Source: an uncultured delta proteobacterium (GTDB lineage: Bacteria; Myxococcota_A; Polyangia; Polyangiales; Polyangiaceae). From it: 64,000 nucleotides of DNA. Shown here one piece after another: positions 41,629 through 50,596 of the stretch. The DNA lies in contig CAWJCS010000004.1 of the NCBI GenBank assembly GCA_963841435.1, positions 256,001-320,000 on the forward strand, written 5' to 3'. Made by a program: the position numbers and the translations under genes. Below the pieces are notes generated by a model. The model made no database searches and was not told where the DNA came from. It saw only the letters and a program-made list of their open reading frames with translations. Positions within the stretch are counted from its first letter, which is position 1; the number at the start of each line of letters is the position of its first letter.

Positions 41629-42102
41629 TCAGCGCGTGACGCGCTTCGCGTCGCCGGGCGGCACGACGCGAAAGGCACGTTCGTGGACGAGGCGCCCCTC
41701 GACGCTCACGCGGACACGCCAGGCGCCCGTGTGGTCGTTCGGGCGAAAGGAGAGCGGCACGTCGAGGTCGCTCTCGCCGGGGCGAGCGCGGGCATCGCCG
41801 AAGGCGACGAGTCGGCCGGCGTCGGCGTCTTTCGCGCTCACGGGTTGCTCGAGCTCCCAGTGAACGTGCTCGGGGCTCGTCGGGGCCTCCGACCAGTGCA
41901 GCCGGACGCCGATCGGCAAGCGCGCTCGATCGACGATGAGCGGAAGCTCCTCGCGCTCTTGCAGCTGCCCGCCGAAGAACACGCCGAAGCGTGCCGTGAC
42001 GCGCTCGGACGAGGCTCGATGACAACCGACCGCGCAACCGAAGACGATCGCTCCGAGCGAGAGCCAGCGGCCGCCGTTCGCCCGCGCACCCCTCAGCTGC
42101 AC
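41629..42102 (-). CDS. Hypothetical lipoprotein
   Basis: GTG at 42102, hydrophobic segment ending AVGC, beta-rich body; overlaps the rsmA 3' end. Confidence 0.6.
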   Translation of the reverse strand: MQLRGARANGGRWLSLGAIVFGCAVGCHRASSERVTARFGVFFGGQLQEREELPLIVDRARLPIGVRLHWSEAPTSPEHVHWELEQPVSAKDADAGRLVAFGDARARPGESDLDVPLSFRPNDHTGAWRVRVSVEGRLVHERAFRVVPPGDAKRVTR

Positions 42103-42944
42103 GCCGCCTCGTCCGCCATGCGCCCGAACTCTTCGACCGAGAGCGTTTCGCCGCGCCGCTCGAGCGCTATGCCGGCGCGCGCCGCGGCGCTCTCGAGCAC
42201 CTCGCGAGGCAAGAGCGCGCGCCAGGCGTTGCGAAGCGTCTTGCGGCGCTGCGAAAACGCCGACTTCACGACCTTCTGCAGCCAGGCGGTCTCCTCGAGC
42301 GGCAGCTCGCGCGGCTCGAGCACGACGAGCGCGGAATCCACGTTCGGCTGCGGGAAAAACGCCCCACGTCGCACGACGAGGGGCCGCGTGACGCGGTACG
42401 CCGCCTGCAGGAACACGGTGAGCGCGCCGTACTGCGACGTGGCGGGTCGTGCGGCGAGGCGATCGGCGACCTCGAGCTGGACGAGCACGGCGGCGCGCTC
42501 CACCGTTGCGCGGAGGCCCGCGAGGCGCTCGAGCAGCGGGCCCGTGAGGTGGTACGGCAGGTTGCCCACGATCGCGCGCGGCGGGGCTTCGTTCGCGAGC
42601 TCCCCGGCGTAGTCGAACGTCTTGGCGTCGGCTTCGACGATGCGAAGCAGGGAAGCCCGGGGGTGCCCCGCGAGCTCCTCCGTGAGCGCCGGGACGAGGT
42701 CGCGGTCGCGCTCGATGGCAACGACTCGTCGCGCGCGTCGCAAGAGCGGCTCGGTGAGGGCCCCGAGCCCGGCGCCAATCTCGATGACCAGAGCGCCCTC
42801 GGGGATCGCGAGCTCGGCGATGCGTGCGGCGAGCTGTCGGTCCAAGAGGAAGTTCTGGCCGAAATGGCGCTTGGGTCGCAGCGCGCGGCGGCTCAGCGCC
42901 GCGCGTGCGTCCGGCGGTTGGAACGGAGAGTCGGGGGGTGTCAC
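42093..42944 (-). CDS. rsmA: 16S rRNA m6,2A1518/1519 dimethyltransferase
   Basis: PKRHFGQNFLLD, IEIGAGLGALT, AIERDRDL, GNLPYHLT, FFPQPNVDSA, FSQRRKTLRN. Confidence 0.96.
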   Translation of the reverse strand: MTPPDSPFQPPDARAALSRRALRPKRHFGQNFLLDRQLAARIAELAIPEGALVIEIGAGLGALTEPLLRRARRVVAIERDRDLVPALTEELAGHPRASLLRIVEADAKTFDYAGELANEAPPRAIVGNLPYHLTGPLLERLAGLRATVERAAVLVQLEVADRLAARPATSQYGALTVFLQAAYRVTRPLVVRRGAFFPQPNVDSALVVLEPRELPLEETAWLQKVVKSAFSQRRKTLRNAWRALLPREVLESAAARAGIALERRGETLSVEEFGRMADEAACS

Positions 42945-44494
42945 TGGCCCTCGTAGCGCCGCGCGTTGCCGACACGAATGCCGAGTCGCCTGAGTGACGC
43001 CTCGCCACGTCGTCGGGCGGCGTGCGCGCGCAGCGACACCGTCTCCGCCACGACGCGCGGGATGCCGCTGAGCGCCGTCGGGATGCCGACTTCGAGCGGC
43101 ACCGACATCCAGCGAAGCTCGAAGCGCCGGCGGGGCAGTGAGCGCAGGCTGCGTTCGAGCGCCGGCCGGGTCGTCGGGTCCGGGGCAGGGGACCACAGGT
43201 ACACGAGCGTGGGACGCCGCTTCTCGCGCGTGAGCTTTTGCAAAAGGCGCCCGAGCTCGGCGTCCGTGCGCGGCCGATCCGGCTCGAGGCGCGCGGGCGA
43301 ACCGAGCCCGAAGGCGGCCACGTAGCGGCGCAGCGTGCGTTCGCGGCGCGTGGGCGCGGTGACCGCGACGGGGCCGAACGGCGCGCGCGCCACGGCGACG
43401 CGATCGGCGCGCCGCGCCACGCGGTCGATCTCGTCGGGCCGCACGTTCGACGTGCCACGCGGGTCGAGCGGCCTGAGGTGCTCGAGCACGCGCGCCGCGA
43501 GGTCGCTTTCGTCGAGCCCGCTCCGCTCGGGGGTGAGACAACCGGTCGCGTGCGCGAGCGAAAGCGTGAGCTTGAGCGCGTGTCCGGGTCCCGAGCCGGG
43601 CTCGATGAACGCGAGCGTCTGGGCGCCCACCACCGCGAGCCCCACGAAGTCGCCGCGCCGCAAGTGGCGGTTGATGACCGTCGCTGCTTCCTCGATGGCG
43701 CCGTCGAGCGGGCTCTCGCCAGGCTCGCCCGACCACAGCTCGACCGAGGCGTCGAGCAGCACCCAGACCACATCGCGCTCCTCGCGCTCGTACTCGCGCA
43801 CCATGAGCTTTCCGCGACGCGCCGAAGCCTTCCAGGCGACTCGCCGCAGCGGGTCCCCGGGGCGATGCTCCCGCAGCTCGCGAAAGCTGTCGCCGTCGCC
43901 GGCGAGCGCGCCGGGCCGGCCCTGGACGGCCGTTCGGCGGCTCCGACCCCCGCGCGCGCTGTGCAAGAGCTCCCGGCTCGAGCCCGGCAACACCTCGACG
44001 CCGTATGGATTGGAGAAGGTGAGAGGGACCTCGAACAGCCCGGGGGCGCCTTCGAGCTCCAGCGAAAGCCCATGAAGCGCGTGGCGACCCACGCGTCGTC
44101 CGGTCACGCTCAATGTGACGAGCAGGCGACCGCCTCCCGGCACCTCGCCGGCCTCGGGAGAGACGCGCACCGTGAGCTCGGGCGACGCCGTGGCGCGCAG
44201 CTCCGTGAACCGCGCGCCGCGCGGATCGCGGTTGCGCAGCTCCGCCTCGACCTCGACCGTCTCGCCGCGCCCGAGGCGCACCCGTCGCTCCTGGCCGCTC
44301 CATGCCATCTCGAATCCCGAGGCACGAAGGCCTGCGACGTTGACCTGGGTCGCGAGCCGGGCCACGCCGACACCCACGATGAGCGCACCACCCCATGCCA
44401 CCATCACCGGCTCGCCGAGCACGAGCCCGAGCGCCATCACGAGGAGCCCTGCCGCCGAGAGCTCGACGCTGGTGCGCGCCGGGTAGGTTTGCAC
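42941..44494 (-). CDS. DUF58-domain protein (MoxR partner)
   Basis: N-terminal TMs, FRELREHRPGDPLRRVAWKASARRGKLMVREYE, LLDAS. Confidence 0.88.
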   Translation of the reverse strand: MQTYPARTSVELSAAGLLVMALGLVLGEPVMVAWGGALIVGVGVARLATQVNVAGLRASGFEMAWSGQERRVRLGRGETVEVEAELRNRDPRGARFTELRATASPELTVRVSPEAGEVPGGGRLLVTLSVTGRRVGRHALHGLSLELEGAPGLFEVPLTFSNPYGVEVLPGSSRELLHSARGGRSRRTAVQGRPGALAGDGDSFRELREHRPGDPLRRVAWKASARRGKLMVREYEREERDVVWVLLDASVELWSGEPGESPLDGAIEEAATVINRHLRRGDFVGLAVVGAQTLAFIEPGSGPGHALKLTLSLAHATGCLTPERSGLDESDLAARVLEHLRPLDPRGTSNVRPDEIDRVARRADRVAVARAPFGPVAVTAPTRRERTLRRYVAAFGLGSPARLEPDRPRTDAELGRLLQKLTREKRRPTLVYLWSPAPDPTTRPALERSLRSLPRRRFELRWMSVPLEVGIPTALSGIPRVVAETVSLRAHAARRRGEASLRRLGIRVGNARRYEGQ

Positions 44495-44515
44495 GCTCGG
44501 GAAGCTACCACGCGA

Positions 44516-44544
44516 TTGACAGGCGCTGGCGCGCGGAAAAGGAT
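44516..44544 (+). promoter_or_regulatory. Putative sigma70-type promoter for the Omp85-family gene
   Basis: Perfect TTGACA, 17-nt spacer, weak -10 AAGGAT. Confidence 0.35.
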
Positions 44545-44605
44545 GCCGGTTGGCGTGACGCGCGCGGCGAGCGGCCAACCCGGCCTTACTCGGGCCGCCC
44601 GGGCG

Positions 44606-46423
44606 ATGACGACGCTCGCGCTCCGGCTCGTGCTCGTGCTCGCGCTCGCTTGGCCGAGTAGGGCGGTGGCGGCGACTCCGGCGCTCACCGAGTACGAGCG
44701 AGCGCGCGTTGACGAAGCCGCCCAGAAGCTCGGCCTCTCGCCGGAACCCGTGGCGAGCCCCGACGGCAAGCTCATCGAACGGATCGACATCGTCGTCATC
44801 GACGTGTTCGACGAGAGCGATCCAGTCCCGAAATTCTTCAACGTCTTTCACGCGACGACGCGCGAGCGCATCGTGCGTCGCGAGCTCCTGTTTGCGTCCG
44901 GTGATCGACTCGACCTCGCCCGCCTCGACGAGTCGGCTCGCAATCTCCGAAAGCTCCGGCAACTCTCCCTCGTCGTGATCCAGCCGCTCGCCGGCAGTGC
45001 CCCCGATCGCGTGCGCGTGCTCGTGCTCGTCAAGGACGTATGGAGCTTGCGGCTCAACTACGATGTTCGCGCCTCGGATCGCGGGCTCACCTACCTGGTC
45101 ATCAATCCGAGCGAGGAGAACCTCGGCGGAACGCACACCTCGCTGGGCGGCCTCTTCGTGCTCGACCCCGGCACGTACTCCTTCGGCTTCGTGACCCGCA
45201 AGAGTCGCATCTTCGGCAGCGATATCACGGCGAGTCTCAGCGCCAACGTCATCTACGGACGCGAAAAGGATCGCGCCGAGGGATCGTTCGGCTCCTTCAC
45301 GTATGGTGCGCCGCTCACGCGCGCCGACCAGCGTTGGGCGTGGGGCACCGGCGTGTACTACGTGAACCAGGTCGAGCGCCGCTACCAGGGCAGTCGCCTG
45401 CAAACCTACGACGCGCCGTCGACGCCCGAGAACGAGGCGCTGCCGATCGCGTTTCGTAGCGAGTGGCTCGTCGGGGGCTTCGAGGTCGTGCGATCCTTCG
45501 GCTACCGACACAAGCTCGATCTGAGCCTCGGCGTTGCTGCCGATCGCCGCTACTACCGCTACACGCCGCCGCCGGGCACGTCGCCCGAGGCCGAGGCCGA
45601 CTTTCGCGATGCCTGGGTGCCGGTGAGCGATACGCGCGCCGGGCCTTTCGTGCAGCTCCACGCGCACGAGCAGCGCTACCTTCGCACGAACGGGCTCGAG
45701 ACCCTCGGCCTCCAGGAAGACTACGCACTCGGCCCCGCCGTGCTGCTTCGCGCGTACCCGGCGAGCACGGCGCTCGGCTCGACGCGTGATCTCGTCGGGG
45801 TCGTTGCGGCGCTCTCGTACACGTTTCCGCTCGGCAACGGTCTTTTGCGCGTCCTCGGGTCGAACCGCGTCGAGGTCGACGGCTCCGGTCGGAACGACGC
45901 CGACGTGCTCCTGCGCGCTCACCTAGCCCTGCCGAAGACCACCTTCTTCCGGCTGGTCGCCGACGGCGTCGTCGGCGATCGCTTCGAGAACTACTTGAAT
46001 CGCAACTACGAGCTCGGCGGTGACGGGCGGCTCAGGGGCTACCCCCCGGCCGGCTTCGAAGGCAGCTTCGTCGGTCCGGCGGTGGCCGCGGTGAACGTCG
46101 AGCTAAGGACGGCCTCCATCGATCTTTTCAGCGTCCAGAGCGGCCTCGCCGCGTTCTACGACGCCGGGCACGCGGCCGAGCGCCTTGGGGAGCTGTCGCT
46201 CCACCAGTCGGCGGGAGTCGGGATCCGCATGGTGTTTCCTCAGTTCAATCGCGTCGTGGCGCGGCTCGACTGGGCGTTCCCGTTCACACCGGCACCGGGC
46301 TACCGCACGTTTCCGGGGGCGGCGTTCCTCACCTTCGAGCAGGCCTTCGGCATGCCCGAGCTCATGGCCCCGACGGTCATGAACCCGAAGGAGACCAGCC
46401 CGATCGTCACCGAGATCCCGTAG
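44606..46423 (+). CDS. Omp85/BamA-TamA family outer-membrane protein (single POTRA + barrel)
   Basis: Signal peptide, POTRA-like TRERIVRRELLFASGD...ESARNLR, EENLGG, L6 motif LRGYP, FYDAG, ARLDWAFP. Confidence 0.82.
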   Translation: MTTLALRLVLVLALAWPSRAVAATPALTEYERARVDEAAQKLGLSPEPVASPDGKLIERIDIVVIDVFDESDPVPKFFNVFHATTRERIVRRELLFASGDRLDLARLDESARNLRKLRQLSLVVIQPLAGSAPDRVRVLVLVKDVWSLRLNYDVRASDRGLTYLVINPSEENLGGTHTSLGGLFVLDPGTYSFGFVTRKSRIFGSDITASLSANVIYGREKDRAEGSFGSFTYGAPLTRADQRWAWGTGVYYVNQVERRYQGSRLQTYDAPSTPENEALPIAFRSEWLVGGFEVVRSFGYRHKLDLSLGVAADRRYYRYTPPPGTSPEAEADFRDAWVPVSDTRAGPFVQLHAHEQRYLRTNGLETLGLQEDYALGPAVLLRAYPASTALGSTRDLVGVVAALSYTFPLGNGLLRVLGSNRVEVDGSGRNDADVLLRAHLALPKTTFFRLVADGVVGDRFENYLNRNYELGGDGRLRGYPPAGFEGSFVGPAVAAVNVELRTASIDLFSVQSGLAAFYDAGHAAERLGELSLHQSAGVGIRMVFPQFNRVVARLDWAFPFTPAPGYRTFPGAAFLTFEQAFGMPELMAPTVMNPKETSPIVTEIP

Positions 46424-46496
46424 CTGTCCCGCCCCGTCTTTTTTCGCGCGGCCGGCGCCTCGCGGCCGCCCTGCGCGTGCTAGCCCTTTCGGCCCC

Positions 46497-47369
46497 ATGC
46501 ACGTGCTCGTCACTGGAGCGGCCGGCAAGCTCGGCTCGTTGACCGTCCGGGCGCTCGTTCGGGCCGGCCACGAGGTGCGCGCCACCGACCAACGCTTCAG
46601 CGCCGAGCTCGGCGTGCCGTTCCGCCCCGCCGATCTGCTGAACGAGCACGTCCTGTACGAGCTTCTCGAGGGCGTCGACGCGCTCGTCCACTTCGGCAAC
46701 CACCCCAATCGCTTCGCCGGCCCGTCCCCGCAGCGGCTTTTCGCGGAGAACGTCGCGATGAACGCCAACGCGTTCGCGGCGGCGGCGGATCTCGGCGTGC
46801 GCCACATCGTTTTTTCGAGCTCGATCCAGGTGATGATCACGAGTGACCGGGTGCGACACGCGCCACCCCACACGCTGCCCTACCTGCCGCTCGATGCCGC
46901 TGTTCCCGCCGCGCCCGGTCTCAACCCGTACGCGCTCAGCAAGCATTTCGCCGAAGAGACGCTGCGCCTTCTCGCCGCGGAGCGGCCGGAGCTTTCGGTG
47001 ACGGTGATCCGCTATCCCATGCTCGTCGGCGAATGGTTCGAGCGGCGCTTCACGGCGGTCGGGGGTCGCGTGGGCATCGACCTTCTGCACCTCGGGGAGG
47101 CGACGGCCCACCTCTCGTTCGACGATGGAGCAGCGCTCGTGGTCCCCGCTCTCGAGCGGGCGCGGCCCGGTTACCGGCAGGTCTTCCCCGCGCAGTCCAT
47201 CGACATCGGGAATCTGCCTCCCCCCGAGCTCGTCCGTCGCTTCTACCCCGGCGTGCCGCTCCGGCGCCCCGTCGAGGCGCTCGACTCGCTCATCGACCGA
47301 ACGGACCTCGTCCGGGAGCTCGGATTCGAGCCGCGCCCCGGGCCCAGGGTGACGCTCGTCGAGTCGTGA
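46497..47369 (+). CDS. NAD-dependent epimerase/dehydratase family protein
   Basis: VLVTGAAGKLG, VFSSS, NPYALSKHFAE (YxxxK). Confidence 0.9.
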   Translation: MHVLVTGAAGKLGSLTVRALVRAGHEVRATDQRFSAELGVPFRPADLLNEHVLYELLEGVDALVHFGNHPNRFAGPSPQRLFAENVAMNANAFAAAADLGVRHIVFSSSIQVMITSDRVRHAPPHTLPYLPLDAAVPAAPGLNPYALSKHFAEETLRLLAAERPELSVTVIRYPMLVGEWFERRFTAVGGRVGIDLLHLGEATAHLSFDDGAALVVPALERARPGYRQVFPAQSIDIGNLPPPELVRRFYPGVPLRRPVEALDSLIDRTDLVRELGFEPRPGPRVTLVES

Positions 47370-47566
47370 AGACCCCGCGCGCTAGCGCCGGTATTGCCCA
47401 TTAATATAAACACTTAGCTGTGCGGCGCCCACTGGCCAGCGAGGCCAGGCTCGAACGGCGCTCATAGACGGCGGGCCAGCAGCTGGCCTAAAACGCTAGG
47501 CTTGTCGTCCCCGGCCTGCGTCATCCATGACGGCGGGAGGCTCAAGAGGGACGCTTGGAGGCACAC

Positions 47567-49006
47567 ATGCGAGGATCGGTTCTCATTTCCTTTTTGGGCA
47601 TCTCGATGGCCATGGCAGCGGCCGTGGTGGGCTGCAGCGGCGACGACGACGACGCCGTCGCTCCGACCCCCCTGGGCAAGGAAGGCGAGAGCTGCACGCG
47701 GCGCGCCGATTGCGCGAGCGGGCTCCTTTGCATCGACCAGGTTTGCGCCAAGAACGCCGCGAGCAGCGGCGGCACGGGCGGCACGGGCGGCACGACTGAC
47801 AATGGCGGCGCTCCCGCGGCCGGCGGCACGGGCGCGCGCCCGCCCACGGCCGGCTCCGGCGGCTCAGGCACCGGCGGCGCGGTGGTCGCCCCCGCGCTGG
47901 GCGGTGACGGCGAGACCTGCAGCCGCCGAGCCGACTGCTCGGAGGGCCTCGGTTGCTACAACCAGCGCTGCTCTCCCCAACCCATCGGTGAGGGCGGTGC
48001 GGGCAACGTGCCTCCGCCGTTGCTCGGAGGTCAGGGCGAAACATGCGTCCTTTCGGCCGACTGCGAGGCCGGCCTCGCCTGCCTGCCCTCGAGCACGGCC
48101 GGCGCCTCGGTCGGCGTTTGCACGCCAGCCGACAGCGGCATCGAGCCCACGGGCAAGACCTGTAGCGCGGAGTGCAAGGCTCCCCAGGACTGTTGCGAGC
48201 TGCCCACCGAGATCCACGGGACGCTCGGCGTCAAATCCTGCTTCCAGCTCGCCGAGAAGCTGAGCGGCGTCGACTGCAGCGCGGCGAGCACGGCGGACGC
48301 GCCGGCCTGTTTCGCGATGGCCGTCTACTGCGACTGTGCGAGCAACGTCTGGGCATGCACCGACGGCGCTTGCATCTATCGGCCGGTTTGCACCGACTCC
48401 GGGCTTGCCGTCGATGGCTGCCCTCCGTTCTCGCGCTCGGGGCGAGCGCTCACGACGACTTGCGACGTTGGCGGAACCGACACGTGCAGTCTGCCTGCCG
48501 GGACGGCCTTCTGCGACGCCGACGCCGACTGCATCGGTAAGTACGTGAGCGACGATGCCACCGACATGTGCTCGGACACCGAGTGCACTTGCTACAAGAA
48601 CGTTCAGTGCCTACGAAAGTGCGCGGACGACCTCGACTGCGCCGCCGGCAAGGTCTGTGACGACACCGACAACGTGTGCGTTCTGCGTGGAACGTGCCTG
48701 GACGGCCCCGAGGGCGATGTGACCTGTGCACGCCTCCTGGGCGACTACCGCGCCACGTGCGCGGGTGGCGTGTGCACGCTGCCGTGTGGGACGGACCTCG
48801 ACTGCAACCCGACCGGCCTCGTGAACGGGTCGCTGACGCTCATCTGCGACACGGATCACACCTGCAAGCCCATCGGCTGCTCGTCGGACGAGGAGTGCTC
48901 GAACCCGATCGACGTGGCGACACCCGCCACGGCGCGCCGCATGTTCTGCACGACACCGCCCGCGGCCGGTGTCGCGACGGACGCGAGCTCGGCCATCACC
49001 GGCTAG
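47567..49006 (+). CDS. Cys-rich lipoprotein with three GE(S/T)CxxxADCxxGLxC modules
   Basis: GGAGG RBS, lipobox VVGC, Gly-rich linkers, several dozen Cys. Confidence 0.82.
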   Translation: MRGSVLISFLGISMAMAAAVVGCSGDDDDAVAPTPLGKEGESCTRRADCASGLLCIDQVCAKNAASSGGTGGTGGTTDNGGAPAAGGTGARPPTAGSGGSGTGGAVVAPALGGDGETCSRRADCSEGLGCYNQRCSPQPIGEGGAGNVPPPLLGGQGETCVLSADCEAGLACLPSSTAGASVGVCTPADSGIEPTGKTCSAECKAPQDCCELPTEIHGTLGVKSCFQLAEKLSGVDCSAASTADAPACFAMAVYCDCASNVWACTDGACIYRPVCTDSGLAVDGCPPFSRSGRALTTTCDVGGTDTCSLPAGTAFCDADADCIGKYVSDDATDMCSDTECTCYKNVQCLRKCADDLDCAAGKVCDDTDNVCVLRGTCLDGPEGDVTCARLLGDYRATCAGGVCTLPCGTDLDCNPTGLVNGSLTLICDTDHTCKPIGCSSDEECSNPIDVATPATARRMFCTTPPAAGVATDASSAITG

Positions 49007-49024
49007 GGCTGCGCTTTTCGGCGA

Positions 49025-49067
49025 CGAACGGGTCCGCGGCGAAATCCGCGGGCCCGTTCGCTTTTTT
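49025..49067 (+). terminator. Rho-independent terminator
   Basis: Stem CGAACGGGTCCGCGG / CCGCGGGCCCGTTCG with CGAAAT loop, followed by CTTTTTT. Confidence 0.8.
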
Positions 49068-49083
49068 GGGTGGCGCCCCGTTC

Positions 49084-49107
49084 TTGACTGACTGGACGGT
49101 CAGACAA
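49084..49107. promoter_or_regulatory. Inverted repeat (candidate operator) upstream of the AraC gene
   Basis: TTGACTGAC-TGGACG-GTCAGACAA (1 mismatch); left arm includes a TTGACT -35-like hexamer. Confidence 0.45.
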
Positions 49108-49148
49108 GCCTCGCCTATTTTTCGGATTGATCGTACAGGAAGAAGCCC

Positions 49149-50093
49149 ATGGACGTGCTCACGGACGTGCTCGAGACCCTCCGCGCTCGCGCGGCCTGTT
49201 ACGCCCGGGTGTCCGCGGCTGGCCCCTTCGGGCTCGCGCTCGCCGGAGGGTGCGACGCCGCATTTCACGTCGTCCTCGAGGGTCGCTGCACGGTGCTCGT
49301 CGAAGGGCACGACGCCGTCGAGCTCGGCGAGGGCGAGCTGGTGCTCTTGCCGCACGGCACGCCGCACGAGGTCGTCGACGCGCCGGGCACGCCGACCCGG
49401 CCCCTGTTCGAGCTGATGCCCCAGTGCCGGCTGCGCAGCCCCGCGACCCTCGAGCTCGGCTCGGGCGGCACGCGCTCGGTGCTCGTGTGCGGTCGCATCG
49501 TCCTCGACGACGGCGACCACCATCCGCTGCTGCCGCTCTTGCCGCCCGTCATCACCCTGAGGGACCGCACGAGCCCCACGGCGGAATGGCTCGGCCCGAC
49601 GTTGCGCTTTCTCGCGGCCGAGGCGGGTGCGGCGCAGCCCGGCGCTCGCACCATCGTGAGCCGCCTTGCCGACATCTTGTTCATCCAGATCGTGCGCGCG
49701 CACCTCTCGTCCGTGCCCGAGCAGTCGAGCGGATGGCTCGGCGCGCTGCGCGATCCGCAGATCGGTTCGGCGCTCGGCTCGATCCATCAAGACCCCGCGC
49801 AAGCCTGGACCGTCGAGTCCCTGGCGCAGAGCGTCGCGATGTCGCGCTCTGCCTTCGCCGCGCGCTTCGCGCGCCTCGTGGGCGAGCCACCTCTTCATTA
49901 CCTCACGCGCTGGCGCATGCAGAAGGCCCGCAGTCTGCTGCGCGACGGGAAGACGACGCTCGCCGAGGTCGCGACCCGTGTCGGCTACGACTCCGAAGCC
50001 GCCTTCAGCAAGGCCTTCAAGCGTGCCGTCGGTGAGGCCCCTGGCGCCTACCGGCGAGCGTCCCGGTCGAGGTCGCTCGGCGCGGCGGCCTGA
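49149..50093 (+). CDS. AraC-family transcriptional regulator with cupin domain
   Basis: MDVLTDVL, FHVVLEGRC, WTVESLAQSVAMSRSAFAARF, VGYDSEAAFSKAFKR. Confidence 0.95.
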   Translation: MDVLTDVLETLRARAACYARVSAAGPFGLALAGGCDAAFHVVLEGRCTVLVEGHDAVELGEGELVLLPHGTPHEVVDAPGTPTRPLFELMPQCRLRSPATLELGSGGTRSVLVCGRIVLDDGDHHPLLPLLPPVITLRDRTSPTAEWLGPTLRFLAAEAGAAQPGARTIVSRLADILFIQIVRAHLSSVPEQSSGWLGALRDPQIGSALGSIHQDPAQAWTVESLAQSVAMSRSAFAARFARLVGEPPLHYLTRWRMQKARSLLRDGKTTLAEVATRVGYDSEAAFSKAFKRAVGEAPGAYRRASRSRSLGAAA

Positions 50094-50217
50094 GGCGAGC
50101 CTCGCGAAATCGCTGGGTATTTCGCGGGACACCCGCGCCTTTTCGCGCCCGTCCCTCAAGTTCTCGGGCGGTCAGGCCCTAGCCGAGGAGGGTGTCCACC
50201 GCCTCGCGGGTGCGCCC

Positions 50218-50586
50218 GTGCTCGAGGCGCGCGGCGTCGAAGCCGTGCGTCTCCTGTTCCGATCGGCGGTGGGCCTCGACCCCGGCAGCACGATCCTCGA
50301 GCGCGTTACCGGGATGCAAAGTGCGCTCACGCGTGCGTCGGCGGTGGGGACGCTCGGCTGCTCGACGAGCGCGCTGTTCGAGCGTGCCGTGCGCGCCGCC
50401 TGGCGCGCCCAGGGCGAAACGGCTCTCGGGCAGTCGCCGATCATGCCGGAGTGGGAGCTCGAGCGGCCCGAGTGCGAACGCATCGTCGTGCCCGCTTCCA
50501 CGTACCCGCCGCGCGAGCCGACGAGCACGGTGCGGCTCGTCGCAGCGGCCGCCACGCCGGGCCTGCGCGGCAAGGCCGTGGCCTGA
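50218..50586 (+). CDS. Hypothetical protein (~122 aa)
   Basis: High-GC3 codon pattern filling the gap between AraC and the convergent TBDR; start uncertain. Confidence 0.4.
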   Translation: MLEARGVEAVRLLFRSAVGLDPGSTILERVTGMQSALTRASAVGTLGCSTSALFERAVRAAWRAQGETALGQSPIMPEWELERPECERIVVPASTYPPREPTSTVRLVAAAATPGLRGKAVA

Positions 50587-50596
50587 CGGGCTCGCT

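Noticed and set aside
41629..46423. Apparent long fusions (rsmA 767 aa, DUF58 993 aa, Omp85 1061 aa, 814-aa ORF)
   Set aside because: The N-terminal extensions are shadow readings of neighbouring genes; plausible internal starts give normal sizes
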